Shown here: piece after piece, positions 39,460-49,787 of the stretch
Layout of the letters: the number at the start of each line of letters is the position of its first letter
How positions within the stretch are numbered: the first letter of the stretch is position 1
NCBI GenBank assembly: GCA_965222155.1
Contig: CBDCTH010000012.1
Location: 448,001 to 512,000, forward strand
Direction: 5' to 3'
Length of the DNA: 64,000 bases
From: Gammaproteobacteria bacterium
Lineage (GTDB): Bacteria > Pseudomonadota > Gammaproteobacteria > Eutrophobiales > Eutrophobiaceae
Notes under the pieces: model-generated
Told to the model about the DNA's origin: nothing
Databases searched by the model: none
What the model saw: the letters and a program-made list of their open reading frames with translations, nothing else
Program-made: the position numbers and the translations under genes

Positions 39460-40049
39460 GTAGCTGCTCCGAGTAGTTTATGGTCGATCAGGTCACAAAG
39501 TGAATGGATTATCATGAGGTGCACCTCCTGAATCCTGGCTGTAGAGTCAGCCGGCACACGCAGTTCAATATCGGATTTCAGCAGGATATTGGCAACCTGT
39601 CCGCCTGTCTTGCCGGTCAAAGCTATGACGTGCATGCGTTTGTCCTGGGCGGCGTCAATTGCATGAATAATATTATGGGATTCTCCGCTGGTGCTGAACG
39701 CCAGCAAAATATCATCCGGATGCCCCAGCGCCCGGATCTGCCTGGAAAAAATATCGGCAAACTGGTAATCATTGGCTATCGACGTTAATACGGATGAGTC
39801 GGTAGTCAGGGCGATGGCCGGCAGCCCCGGCCGTTCCAACTCAAAACGGTTGATCATTTCTGAAACGAAGTGCTGGGCCTCTGCGGCAGAACCGCCATTG
39901 CCGCAACTGAGAATTTTATTGCCGTTCATCAGGCAGGCGACCATTAATTCAGCGGCGCTTGCTATTAACGGAGCGAGGCTGTTCCCGGACTCAACTTTGA
40001 CCCGGATGCTCTCAGCAAAAATATCCTTCACGCGTTGGGCAAAATCCAT
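39456..40049 (-). CDS. gmhA: phosphoheptose isomerase / DiaA (SIS domain)
   Basis: [26 protein letters not shown]. Confidence 0.88.
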   Translation of the reverse strand: MDFAQRVKDIFAESIRVKVESGNSLAPLIASAAELMVACLMNGNKILSCGNGGSAAEAQHFVSEMINRFELERPGLPAIALTTDSSVLTSIANDYQFADIFSRQIRALGHPDDILLAFSTSGESHNIIHAIDAAQDKRMHVIALTGKTGGQVANILLKSDIELRVPADSTARIQEVHLMIIHSLCDLIDHKLLGAAT

Positions 40050-40063
40050 CAGTGAAATCCTGG

Positions 40064-40432
40064 CTAGAATGCCCCCTTGAACCACTCGATCTTCATCCCG
40101 TGCTCGCTCCTGCCGATTAACGTGATAACGTCAAAACGCCAGTTACAATGGTTCAATACGGATGTTTTCTGCATAAAGACCTGGCTGGTTTTCCTGATTT
40201 TATTTCTCTTTGAATTATCTATGGTCTCGACCGGATGTAAAAAAGCACTATTTTTTCTCGACCTGACTTCAACGAATATAATGGTATTGTTTTCCCGCAT
40301 GATCAAGTCAATCTCACCGAACCTGGAGCGAAAGTTACGCGCCAGCAAAGCCAGGTCATGTTTTTGCAGGTAGCGTAACGCCATATCTTCAGCCATCCTG
40401 CCGAATTCGGCCCGGGAATTATCTGGCGCCAT
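40064..40432 (-). CDS. yraN: YraN family endonuclease-like protein
   Basis: [26 protein letters not shown]. Confidence 0.93.
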   Translation of the reverse strand: MAPDNSRAEFGRMAEDMALRYLQKHDLALLARNFRSRFGEIDLIMRENNTIIFVEVRSRKNSAFLHPVETIDNSKRNKIRKTSQVFMQKTSVLNHCNWRFDVITLIGRSEHGMKIEWFKGAF

Positions 40433-42278
40433 GGTTGTCCAGTAATTCCGGTTTACCGTTGATAATTTTTCCCCAGGGTAATTTTCTGTTGATCCGGCCG
40501 ATTTCGGTCATGCTGAGAATTCCCGTTTCCCCATTGAAACCGGCGACGCGCTCAAACGCCAGACGGGGAAGATGCGGGATAAGGTTAAAGGCATCCACCC
40601 CCATTGCATATAAACGCTGATAAACGGATGTATCGGCCTGGAAATTATCGTTGATGTGGGATTTTATCGATGAGTTTTCGCCATGAGGAAATAATATCCA
40701 GGGCAAGTCTGGAAACATGACTCCGTCCATATCCACATCGGCCTGTGGGTTTACACTGCCGGTAAAGATATGCGAGGTAGCATATACCGGGATTTCCTCG
40801 GCTTTGTGGAAGCGTAACTGCGGGATGATCTGGCGTCCGGCAATGGGAAATGCGGCCATGAAAATCACGTCCACGTCCTGGCGCCGCCGGGTCTGGTTTT
40901 CCAGTCTCCGGTTGAGTATCTGGCGCAGCCGTTGCGCCCGGAAATCACTGTCGTCCACATTCAACAACTGTTCCACCGGAGCGGAATAATCGTTATTCTG
41001 AGGGTCATAATCAACCATTTTCAGTATTTCCCCGCCCAGCGCCGCCCAGTTTTCCCGGAATGCGCCGTACAAGCGCAGACCCCACAGGTCATTCGGAATA
41101 ATGACCAGGGCTCTGCCGTACCCGTCCGCAAAAGCCCGTTCAGCAACCTGGCGCGCCTCGTCTTCCGGAGACAATCCGAATTGCATCAGGGTCGGGACTA
41201 TATTTCCATCAGCGCCGGTTTCCAGTTCGGCTACAGACTGGATCCTGTTCAAGGCCAGTGTCGGTACGGACAGGCCGGTCGAGGTGGATAACTTCGTCAA
41301 TGCCTGTTTTTCCAGCGGTCCGACAATGAAATCTGCGCCTTCCGCCACAGCCCGTGAGTATGCCTGCTCAATGTTCAATGAGTTTGCCTCATATATTTTA
41401 ACCAGGGGTTTGTTCTGGTCCGAGTTATACCAGGCTGAAATAAAGCCGTCCCTGATTGCTTCGGCGGCTTTCCGGTAACCCCCGTTCAACGGCAACAGCA
41501 GGGCAATCTGGCCTGGTCGCAGGTTGTAGCGCCGGGCCGTGGCGTGCATCTGCCCGATGATGCTGCGATTGGCAGGATGCGCAGGATATTTGTCCTGCCA
41601 GGCAGCCAGCGCGCGCGACAATGGTCCAGGATCAGGCAGCAAAGTCCGATTGATAAGCGCAAGCTCCAGCCAGCCGGACAATGCCTGCGGGTCTGAGCGG
41701 TGCAGTTCGCCCAGGTTTTCCTTATCCACCTTGTTCAGGTCTTCCCAGATCTTCGTGCTATTGGCCTGCATAGCGGCGCCCTGCGGTAAATAGGCGTTAT
41801 AACTGATGCGTGTTTCAGCCGCATTGATATAATCCGCCTGCTGTTCATAAGCAAGCGCAGTTAACCGGTAACGCTGCGCCTGCAGTGAAGCCGGGGTGGT
41901 GGCTGGGAAATCATGCAGCAGGAGGTCCAATGCTGCTCCCGGCTGCTTATTCAGCAACTGAAGCTCGGCCTGCAAAAGCGTCTTCAACGTATTGCTGTCC
42001 GTACGCTGCGGTTTTGTTGTGGATAATAACTCTCCAGCCTCAGCCGGCCGCTTCATTGAAACCAGGGTTGCCACGGCCTGTAGACGATAGATATCGGATT
42101 TATCCGGGTATAATTCCGCCAGGCGCTGATATTTCTCGACCGCGCGTTGATACTGGCCGTCGCTTAATAACTGCCTGATTTCCATTTCCGGATCGACGGG
42201 CAGCGCCGCTTTCCTGGTCTCCAGCGTACAGCCCTGTAACAATACGATTATGAGCAGGATTTTGAATGAATTTTGCAT
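40419..42278 (-). CDS. lpoA: penicillin-binding protein activator LpoA
   Basis: Lipobox LQGC, GWLEL, YPAHPA, IALLLPL, RLYAMGVDA. Confidence 0.92.
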   Translation of the reverse strand: MQNSFKILLIIVLLQGCTLETRKAALPVDPEMEIRQLLSDGQYQRAVEKYQRLAELYPDKSDIYRLQAVATLVSMKRPAEAGELLSTTKPQRTDSNTLKTLLQAELQLLNKQPGAALDLLLHDFPATTPASLQAQRYRLTALAYEQQADYINAAETRISYNAYLPQGAAMQANSTKIWEDLNKVDKENLGELHRSDPQALSGWLELALINRTLLPDPGPLSRALAAWQDKYPAHPANRSIIGQMHATARRYNLRPGQIALLLPLNGGYRKAAEAIRDGFISAWYNSDQNKPLVKIYEANSLNIEQAYSRAVAEGADFIVGPLEKQALTKLSTSTGLSVPTLALNRIQSVAELETGADGNIVPTLMQFGLSPEDEARQVAERAFADGYGRALVIIPNDLWGLRLYGAFRENWAALGGEILKMVDYDPQNNDYSAPVEQLLNVDDSDFRAQRLRQILNRRLENQTRRRQDVDVIFMAAFPIAGRQIIPQLRFHKAEEIPVYATSHIFTGSVNPQADVDMDGVMFPDLPWILFPHGENSSIKSHINDNFQADTSVYQRLYAMGVDAFNLIPHLPRLAFERVAGFNGETGILSMTEIGRINRKLPWGKIINGKPELLDNHGAR

Positions 42279-42356
42279 TCGCTTATTCTATAGCGAAAAG
42301 GCAGGGCAGACCATATTTCCTGCCCCCCATCATCCCTGACAAAAGTGGAGTACGTC

Positions 42357-43205
42357 ATGCCAACTGAACCGGGCACCTTATATATAGTGGCAACGCCTAT
42401 CGGCAACCTTGAAGATCTGAGCCCGCGCGCGCAAAGAATCCTGTCCACGGTTGATCTGATCCTGGCAGAAGACACTCGCCACAGCCGCAAGTTATTGACC
42501 GCATTTCATATCAAAACCGAGATGCTCGCCTGCCACGAGAACAACGAGGAACGCTTGACGCCGCAGGTAATCAGTCGGCTTACCGCCGGCGCCAACGTTG
42601 CCCTGGTTGCCGACGCCGGTACTCCGCTAATCAGCGACCCCGGGTTCAAGCTGGTCAGACAGGCCCACGCTGAGAATATTCCCGTGTCTCCTGTTCCCGG
42701 CCCGGCAGCGTTGATCGCGGCCTTATCAGCCGCCGGTATCGCTCCCGCGAAGTTCCTGTTTGAAGGCTTTGCCCCGAGCAAGGCCGAGGCCCGGCTCAAG
42801 CACCTGCAAAAACTGTCCGCTGCAGACCACACCATGATTTTTTATGAAGCCCCGCACCGGATAAAAACTTTTCTGGCCGACGCCGCGTCTATCTTTGGTG
42901 AGGATAGACAAGCGTCCGTCGCCCGGGAGTTGACTAAAAAGTTTGAAACCATACGCTGCGGGACGCTGGGCGGGCTGATTGAGTGGATGAATAATGACCC
43001 CGACCAGGGCCGCGGCGAATTTGTCATCATCATCGCCGGCGCCGCCGGCAAAAAAACCGACATGCCTGAATTGGCAGCCATGTTGAAAGTGTTACTCAAA
43101 TCCCTCACCTTGAAACAAAGCGTACAGGTAGCAACCGAACTGACCGGCGGCAGCAGGAACGAAATATACGACCTTGCCGTAACCCTGCAGCAAGACAGTT
43201 CGTAA
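42357..43205 (+). CDS. rsmI: 16S rRNA C1402 2'-O-methyltransferase
   Basis: LYIVATPIGNLED, DAGTPLISDPG, ARELTKKFE. Confidence 0.97.
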   Translation: MPTEPGTLYIVATPIGNLEDLSPRAQRILSTVDLILAEDTRHSRKLLTAFHIKTEMLACHENNEERLTPQVISRLTAGANVALVADAGTPLISDPGFKLVRQAHAENIPVSPVPGPAALIAALSAAGIAPAKFLFEGFAPSKAEARLKHLQKLSAADHTMIFYEAPHRIKTFLADAASIFGEDRQASVARELTKKFETIRCGTLGGLIEWMNNDPDQGRGEFVIIIAGAAGKKTDMPELAAMLKVLLKSLTLKQSVQVATELTGGSRNEIYDLAVTLQQDSS

Positions 43206-43296
43206 CAAAGGGGGAGTGCTTGAACAGGTTACTGCCTCCGCTTATCATTGCAGACCGCGCAAATACAGGTTTACGTGGTAAACATAGTAACGATAG

Positions 43297-43440
43297 GAAT
43301 TATGAATTATGGGGACACAATACTTAATTATCCCACCGTGAATTCTGCTGAATTAAGTATTGTGTCCCCATAACTTAAATTCTGCTGAATTAAGTATTGT
43401 GTCCCCATAACTCCCCGGCACTCCCCCCATAACTCCCTCC
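43297..43440. repeat. ggggacacaatact palindrome with duplicated, stuttered right arm
   Basis: ttatggggacacaatacttaatt / aattaagtattgtgtccccataa. Right arm repeated at 43378-43412, then ccccataact. Confidence 0.85.
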
Positions 43441-43445
43441 CCGTC

Positions 43446-43686
43446 GTCATGCCGGGCCTGACCCCCCGTCCGTCATGCCGGGCTTGACCCCCCCTCCGTC
43501 ATGCCGGGCTTGACCCCCCGTCCGTCATTCCGGGCTTGACCCGGAATCCAGTGAAACAAGGTGTCGCCTCCGGCGACACGTTATCTGACTGGATTTCCGT
43601 CCTTTGGTTCGTCAACGGCACATCCCCCTGCTTACAGCATGCAGGGGCAGGCTATGTGCCACTACTCGGCATTCGCCGGAATGACG
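43446..43686. repeat. REP doublet with 3 tandem half-REPs and nested modules
   Basis: gtcatgccgggc(c/t)tgacccccc x3, then gtcattccgggcttgacccggaatccag ... ctggatttccg[insert]gcattcgccggaatgac. Confidence 0.85.
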
Positions 43687-43735
43687 ACAGAGTAGTCCCC
43701 AGAACTTCCTCAGAACTCTGGTGGCGGGGGCGGGC

Positions 43736-43764
43736 TTGACGCTGTTTCCGTTCCAACCTAGTAT
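43736..43764 (+). promoter_or_regulatory. rnpB promoter
   Basis: TTGACG-17-TAGTAT, 7 nt before the RNA 5' end. Confidence 0.7.
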
Positions 43765-43770
43765 ATTAAT

Positions 43771-44146
43771 GGGAGTCAGCCGGGCAATCGCTGTCGGAAC
43801 GGATTGATTTTTTATCAATTCCGGTTCGGCAGAGGAAAGTCCGGGCTCCACAGGGGCAGGGCGCCAGGTAATTCCTGGGCGGCGCGAGTCGACGGAAAGT
43901 GCAACAGAAAGTATACCGCCCGGCCACTTACCCCAAGTGGCCGGGTAAGGGTGAAATGGTGCGGTAAGAGCGCACCGCGTGGCTGGCAACAGGCACGGCA
44001 TGGTAAACCCCGCCTGGAGCAAGGCCAAATAAGGGGGCGATAATGTGGCCCGCATTGTCCCCGGGTAGGCTGCTGGAGGTGTATGGTGACGTACATCCTA
44101 GATGAATGATTGTCCTGGACAGAACCCGGCTTACAGGCTGACTCCC
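43771..44146 (+). ncRNA. rnpB: RNase P RNA (type A)
   Basis: gaggaaagtccgggctcc, ggaaagtgcaacagaaa, ggtaaaccc, acagaacccggctta; P1 gggagtcagcc/ggctgactccc; position between rsmI and mraZ. Confidence 0.97.
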
Positions 44147-44181
44147 ACCTTGTTCCCCCGGTTTATTCCTGAATCCACACT

Positions 44182-44449
44182 CTTTTCTTAATAAAGTTTT
44201 ACCGTAAATCCAGGACACCCATCGTAAATCCAGGACACCCATAAATTCACTTTGCAGAAAGAAACGGGCCGGGTCTCAACCTGCCTAATTTTATGGGTGT
44301 CCTGAATTTGGCTTCCCTGAATTTGGCTTCCCTGAATTTGGCTTCCTGAATTTGGCTTCCTGAATTTGGCTTCTGAATTTGGCTTCTGAATTTGGGCTGA
44401 CTCCATTTTCTCCAGATATAAATCTGTCCCCTTTTCTTAATAAAGTTTT
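44182..44449. repeat. composite repeat insertion with a shortening tandem array, flanked by a 19-bp direct repeat
   Basis: cttttcttaataaagtttt at 44182-44200 and 44431-44449; ggacacccat palindrome; 7 copies of tgaatttgg at 44301-44397. Confidence 0.85.
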
Positions 44450-44563
44450 TCAACTTCATAATATAAAAAGACTTATATCTCAAATATTCACGGTTTGTTC
44501 CTTTCTCACCGGCTAAGTATTTGTAAGACGGGCAAATTTTTGCCGGAAAGTTACAAGATTTGC

Positions 44564-44626
44564 TTGACATTACAGCGTCTTGGTTCCTATAGTTACGAAA
44601 TGTGGGAAAAAGTGGGTAAATGTGGA
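44564..44626 (+). promoter_or_regulatory. dcw promoter and MraZ-binding direct repeats
   Basis: TTGACA-18-TATAGT followed by three GTGG boxes at 10-bp spacing. Confidence 0.85.
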
Positions 44627-44652
44627 TTTAAATGTAACAGAAGGGTTTAACA

Positions 44653-45111
44653 ATGTTCCGGGGTTTCAGCAGCGTAAGTCTTGACAGCAAAGGCAGGTTA
44701 GCCGTGCCCAGCCGTTTTCGTGAACGGCTCATGGGGATTGCCGACGGTTGCCTGGTGCAGACCCTCAACCCGTTGGACCGGTCCCTGTGGCTGTATCCGT
44801 TACCCGAATGGGAACTCATTGAGGAGAAACTGGCGGTGTTGTCCGATTTTGACAAGCAGAGTCGCAGGGCCAAGCAGATGATGCGCGGCTATGCGGCCGA
44901 TTGCCAGTTGGATGCCCACGGGAGAATCCTGGTCCCTGCTGAACTACGCAACCACGCCCACCTCGATAGGCAGGCCGTCATCCTGGGGCAGGGCAACAAG
45001 TTCGAAATCTGGAACAGGGCAAGCTGGGAGGAACAGCGTGACAACTGGTTGAATATGGTGGGTGATGAAGAGGGAACACCGACCGGAGCATTACAATCAT
45101 TGTCCTTATGA
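44653..45111 (+). CDS. mraZ: transcriptional regulator MraZ
   Basis: MFRG..SLDSKGRLAVP, LDAHGRILVP. Confidence 0.97.
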   Translation: MFRGFSSVSLDSKGRLAVPSRFRERLMGIADGCLVQTLNPLDRSLWLYPLPEWELIEEKLAVLSDFDKQSRRAKQMMRGYAADCQLDAHGRILVPAELRNHAHLDRQAVILGQGNKFEIWNRASWEEQRDNWLNMVGDEEGTPTGALQSLSL

Positions 45112-45126
45112 CGCCCTGGTATTGCA

Positions 45127-46071
45127 TTGTTGAAATTGAATGAGTACGCACATAAACCGGTATTTCTCGATGAGGTATTGGATGCGCTTGCACTACGATC
45201 GGATGGCTGTTACGTGGACTGCACGTTCGGCCGCGGCGGCCATAGCATGGCAATCATGCAGCGGCTTGGCAGCCGGGGTCGTTTACTTTCTTTCGACAAG
45301 GACCCGGAGGCTGTCAGCTTTGCCCAAAACAAGTTTGCCGGCAACAAACGCTTCAACTGTTTCCACGGTTCTTTCACACGTCTGGCTGAGGTCATAGGAC
45401 AAATGGGCTTAATGGGAGCGATCGATGGCTTGTTATTTGACCTCGGCGTTTCTTCGCCGCAACTGGACGATGCCGGTCGAGGTTTCAGCTTTCTCAGGGA
45501 CGGCAGGCTTGATATGAGGATGAACCCCGATGAAGGTTTGAGTGCGGCGGACTGGGTCAATCAAGCGAGCGAAGCGGAATTGAAAACCGTATTGCGTCAT
45601 TATGGCGAAGAGAGATATGCCGGACGAATTGCCCGGGCCATTGTGACTGTGCGTTCCGAAAATGCCGTCACGTCCACCCGGCAACTGTCCGAACTGATTA
45701 AGGCCGCGGCGCCGACCACTGAGAGAAACAAACACCCGGCGACCCGTTCATTCCAGGCCATCAGGATCCATGTAAATCAAGAACTGGAAGAGTTAAAGAC
45801 GGTACTGGCCCAGGTGACCGAGGTCTTGCGCGACGGGGGAAGACTGGCCGTGATCAGTTTTCATTCCGGGGAAGACAGGATTGTAAAAAGGTTTATACGG
45901 GAACAATCCCGCGCCGACCCCTACCCCAGCTACCTGCCCATTTCCGTCAGTGAAATCAAACCCAGGATGCGAGCGGTAGGTCGACCGATCAAGTCCGGTG
46001 AAGCGGCAAACCAGGCCAACCCGCGGGGACGGAGCGCAGTATTGAGGATCGCGGAAAAATTGCCGCAATGA
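45127..46071 (+). CDS. rsmH: 16S rRNA m4C1402 methyltransferase
   Basis: DCTFGRGGHS, DLGVSSPQLD, ISFHS.EDRIVK. Confidence 0.97.
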   Translation: MLKLNEYAHKPVFLDEVLDALALRSDGCYVDCTFGRGGHSMAIMQRLGSRGRLLSFDKDPEAVSFAQNKFAGNKRFNCFHGSFTRLAEVIGQMGLMGAIDGLLFDLGVSSPQLDDAGRGFSFLRDGRLDMRMNPDEGLSAADWVNQASEAELKTVLRHYGEERYAGRIARAIVTVRSENAVTSTRQLSELIKAAAPTTERNKHPATRSFQAIRIHVNQELEELKTVLAQVTEVLRDGGRLAVISFHSGEDRIVKRFIREQSRADPYPSYLPISVSEIKPRMRAVGRPIKSGEAANQANPRGRSAVLRIAEKLPQ

Positions 46072-46331
46072 AATCGTCCGTTATCCTGCTCCTCATTTTT
46101 ACCGTACTGGTTTCGGCCGTATCGGTAGTGCAGTCGCAACACGCCTCGCGCAGGGTGTTTATGGAGATAGAGCAGTTGAAGATGGAGCGGGACCTGTTGA
46201 ATGAAGAATGGGGCAGACTCCAGATTGAACAGAGCATCTGGGCGATGGATGAGCGGGTGGAGGATATGGTAAAGGAGGAATTAGGCATGCATGTGCCGGA
46301 TAACGGCGCCCGGGTCTTTTTAGTGCCGTGA
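46068..46331 (+). CDS. ftsL: cell division protein FtsL
   Basis: TM helix, EWGRLQIEQ, dcw position. Confidence 0.92.
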   Translation: MKSSVILLLIFTVLVSAVSVVQSQHASRRVFMEIEQLKMERDLLNEEWGRLQIEQSIWAMDERVEDMVKEELGMHVPDNGARVFLVP

Positions 46332-48040
46332 AAACACGCGTCCCTGAATCCGGCTATACCGGTCGCAAGTGGTTCCTGCTGGTGTTGTTCGGTATTGCTG
46401 CAGCCGCGGTTGTCTGCCGGGTGTTCTATCTGCAGATATTGAACAAGGATTTTCTGATAAACGAAGGCGACGCAAGAGCCATCCGCAGCGTTACCATCCC
46501 GGCATACCGGGGCACGATTACCGACCGGAATGGCGAGCCCCTGGCCGTCAGCACGCCGGTGGCGTCGATCTGGGCCGTGCCGGGGAAAGTCCTGGATTCA
46601 GCCGCCGACCTGAGTGAACTGGCCGGTCTGCTGGACACGTCGGTAGCTGAGATACGCCAGTTCCTGGCCGGCCGGCAGGACAGGAATTTCGCATATATGA
46701 AGAGACACGTGCCACCCGACGTAGCGCGCCGGGTGCGGGCGCTGAAAATTCCGGGGATCAATACCAGCAAGGAGTACAAGAGATATTATCCGGTCGGTGA
46801 GGTGGCTTCTCACCTGGTCGGTTTTACCAATGTCGATGATGAGGGACAGGAGGGCATAGAACTTGCCTTCGATGACTGGTTGCGGGGCGTTCCGGGTAAA
46901 AAACGGGTATTGAAGGACCTGTATGGTTCAGTCGTCAAGGATATTGAAAACATCAAACAACCCGTTCCCGGCCAGTCCCTGACCCTGGCGCTGGACCAGC
47001 GCCTGCAATACCTGGCATACAGGGAATTGAAATCAGCGGTGATAAACCACAAGGCCAGGGGCGGGATGCTGTTGTTGATCGGAGTCAAGACCGGTGAAGT
47101 GCTGGCCCTGGCGGTACAGCCACCGTTCAATCCCAATAATCGCGCGCATCTTAAAGGCAACCTGTACCGGAACCGTGTGGTAACGGATGTATTCGAACCC
47201 GGTTCCAGCATGAAACCGTTCACCATCGCGGCGGCGCTGATCTCCGGGCTTTACCAACCGGAAACCATGATCGATACAGGCCCCGGACGTATGACAATCG
47301 GCCGTTATTCGATCAGTGACCTTAACAATTACGGGACCTTGAGCATCAGTGACGTGATCCGCAAGTCGAGTAACGTCGGCACCACAAAAGTCGCGCTGGC
47401 ACTGGGTCCGGAACGGCTTTGGGAGTTACATCATAAGATCGGTTTCGGCAGCCTGACCATGAGCGAATATCCGGGAGAAGCGGCGGGGACGCTCAATAAT
47501 TATGCCGACTGGTCCAGGCTGGACCTGGCGACGGCTTCATACGGGTATGGCATCTCGGTGACCGCCATGCAGTTGGCGCAGGCCTATTCCGTGATTGCGT
47601 CCGGCGGTCTGTTATATCCGATCAGCTTTCAGAAAGTGACCGCTGTTCCCGCCCACCGGCGGGTCATGCCGGAAATGGTTGCGTTTGAGGTGAACAGGAT
47701 GATGCGGGCAGTGATCGGGCCGGGTGGCAGCGGCAGGCGGGCGGCGGTCAACGGTTACCATGTTGCCGGTAAAACAGGCACCGTGCATAAGACGTCGGAC
47801 TCCGGTTATGCCGAGGACAGTTATGTTTCACTGTTTGCGGGATTTGCGCCGGCAACGGAACCTCGCCTGGTTCTGGTCGTCGTCATCGATGATCCCGGAA
47901 CAGGGCAGTATTTCGGTGGCCTGGTCGCGGCGCCGGTGTTCGCCAATGTGATGGAGGGGGCGTTGCGGATAATGAATATTCCCCCTGATAACCTGATTGG
48001 ACTGAAGCAACAGACGTTGCTTGTGAACAATACCAGGTGA
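46328..48040 (+). CDS. ftsI: peptidoglycan transpeptidase PBP3
   Basis: EPGSSMK, KSSN and KTG motifs. Confidence 0.96.
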   Translation: MKTRVPESGYTGRKWFLLVLFGIAAAAVVCRVFYLQILNKDFLINEGDARAIRSVTIPAYRGTITDRNGEPLAVSTPVASIWAVPGKVLDSAADLSELAGLLDTSVAEIRQFLAGRQDRNFAYMKRHVPPDVARRVRALKIPGINTSKEYKRYYPVGEVASHLVGFTNVDDEGQEGIELAFDDWLRGVPGKKRVLKDLYGSVVKDIENIKQPVPGQSLTLALDQRLQYLAYRELKSAVINHKARGGMLLLIGVKTGEVLALAVQPPFNPNNRAHLKGNLYRNRVVTDVFEPGSSMKPFTIAAALISGLYQPETMIDTGPGRMTIGRYSISDLNNYGTLSISDVIRKSSNVGTTKVALALGPERLWELHHKIGFGSLTMSEYPGEAAGTLNNYADWSRLDLATASYGYGISVTAMQLAQAYSVIASGGLLYPISFQKVTAVPAHRRVMPEMVAFEVNRMMRAVIGPGGSGRRAAVNGYHVAGKTGTVHKTSDSGYAEDSYVSLFAGFAPATEPRLVLVVVIDDPGTGQYFGGLVAAPVFANVMEGALRIMNIPPDNLIGLKQQTLLVNNTR

Positions 48041-49563
48041 TGATGTTGCCCGTAAACAAGCGTCAAAGCGGTTTTCCATTGCAGATGCTGCTGGAAGGTC
48101 TGACTGATGCACGGGTCGAGGGTGATATTTCAGTTCAGGGGATCAGTTCGGACAGCCGTGAAATTCGCCCGGGTGATTTGTTTCTCGCCTGCCGGGGACC
48201 GAACACCCGCGGCAGCCTGTTCATCAACGCTGCGCTCAAGGCAGGGGCCGCGGCAGTGGTCGTGGATGAGGAATTGCTGTCCGACCTGGACCGGTGCCGG
48301 CCGGCGCTGTTTCCGGTAGCGGATTTACGCGCTAAACTGGGATTGATTGCCGGGCGGTTTTACGGCGATCCCACAAAACAGCTGCACCTCACCGGCGTTA
48401 CGGGAACCAACGGCAAAACCAGCGTAAGCTGGTGGCTGGCGAAACTCCATTCACTGCTGACGCGGACACAGGCGGGTTTGATCGGCACCCTGGGATACGG
48501 GTGTTATCCGCGCCTGCAATCCGGGCTTAATACAACCCCGGGCGCAGTCAGTTTACAGCGCTTGTTTGCCGGCTTCGTCGAAGCGGGCGCGGACACGGCG
48601 TTCATGGAGGTATCATCCCATGCCCTGGATCAGGGGCGCGTCAGCGAAGTCGATTTCGACGTTGCCGTGTTCACCAACCTGAGCCGGGACCATCTGGATT
48701 ACCACCGGAGCCTGGACGAGTACTTCCGCGCCAAACAAAAACTGTTTGCATTCAATTCATTGCGCGCTGCCGTGGTGAACTGTGATGACCCATACGGGCA
48801 GGCAATACTACGCGCTCTGCCGGCGGGCATAGAGGCGATCAGTTACGGTTTATCAGGCAATCCGCAACAGTCGGTTCAGCCTCTCGTCAGGGCAAGGCCG
48901 GCGCCGGGCGCTGAGCTTATCCTGGATATTACCAGTCCCTGGGGCAACGGCCAGGTGCGGCCGGGGGTAACGGGAAAATTCAACGTCGGCAATATACTGG
49001 CGCTGGTTTCGGTGCTGGGGCTGGCAGGGTTCCCGCTTGAGCGCATCCTGGAAAAGCTGGACAACATCGGCCCGGTACCGGGTCGTATGGAGAGTTTCAG
49101 ACGCGCAGACGGCGCCCAAATCGTCGTTGATTACGCCCATACCCCCGCCGCCCTGGAACAGGCCCTGGCAAGTCTGCGGGAATGTTGTGCGGGGCGGTTG
49201 ATCTGTGTTTTCGGCTGTGGCGGCGAACGGGATAAGGAAAAGCGGCCGCAGATGGGAGAACTGGCGGAACAACTTTCCGACGAAGTAATTTTAACTGATG
49301 ACAATCCGAGGTCTGAAGCCGGCGATGACATTATCGAGGCCATCCTCTCCGGCATAACCGCCAAGGGTTGCGCCACTATAGAGCGCAACCGTTCCAGGGC
49401 CATCGAGCTGGCGCTGGGGCGGGCCGGGCCCGCTGACGTGGTATTGATTGCCGGCAAGGGACATGAAACCTGTCAGGAAATTGCAGGTACGCGCTATCCC
49501 TTCAACGATCTGCAGCAGGTCAGGCAGTTGCTAGCCCGGAATTCTCACCAGGTGATGCGATGA
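48037..49563 (+). CDS. murE: UDP-MurNAc-tripeptide synthetase (C-terminus supplied by element A)
   Basis: GTNGKTS, MEVSSH, DYAHTP, DNPR, AGKGHE. Confidence 0.96.
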   Translation: MMMLPVNKRQSGFPLQMLLEGLTDARVEGDISVQGISSDSREIRPGDLFLACRGPNTRGSLFINAALKAGAAAVVVDEELLSDLDRCRPALFPVADLRAKLGLIAGRFYGDPTKQLHLTGVTGTNGKTSVSWWLAKLHSLLTRTQAGLIGTLGYGCYPRLQSGLNTTPGAVSLQRLFAGFVEAGADTAFMEVSSHALDQGRVSEVDFDVAVFTNLSRDHLDYHRSLDEYFRAKQKLFAFNSLRAAVVNCDDPYGQAILRALPAGIEAISYGLSGNPQQSVQPLVRARPAPGAELILDITSPWGNGQVRPGVTGKFNVGNILALVSVLGLAGFPLERILEKLDNIGPVPGRMESFRRADGAQIVVDYAHTPAALEQALASLRECCAGRLICVFGCGGERDKEKRPQMGELAEQLSDEVILTDDNPRSEAGDDIIEAILSGITAKGCATIERNRSRAIELALGRAGPADVVLIAGKGHETCQEIAGTRYPFNDLQQVRQLLARNSHQVMR

Positions 49564-49775
49564 TCGCGCCGGATTTTTGCCGCCAGCGGGTGCCTGCGAC
49601 CGAAAGCATAGCCGTAGTTCTGGTTGAGGGAGCACGTGCCCGCTGGCGGCAAAAAGACAAGCGAGGGCGCATCAAGCGTAGTTTATTCAGATGATATTGT
49701 AGACATGTTACCGCAACCTATTGACAGCAAACAAGTATTAGATGGCAACAAGCGGCTTGGTGAGAATTCCGGGCT
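49533..49775. mobile_element. element A between murE and murF
   Basis: TIR agcccggaattctcacca / tggtgagaattccgggct with a long internal hairpin. Confidence 0.92.
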
Positions 49776-49787
49776 GGGGTACGCGGG

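Noticed and set aside
44188-44570. ORFs with QIQ/KFRE repeats
   Set aside because: Artefacts of the tgaatttggcttc tandem array.
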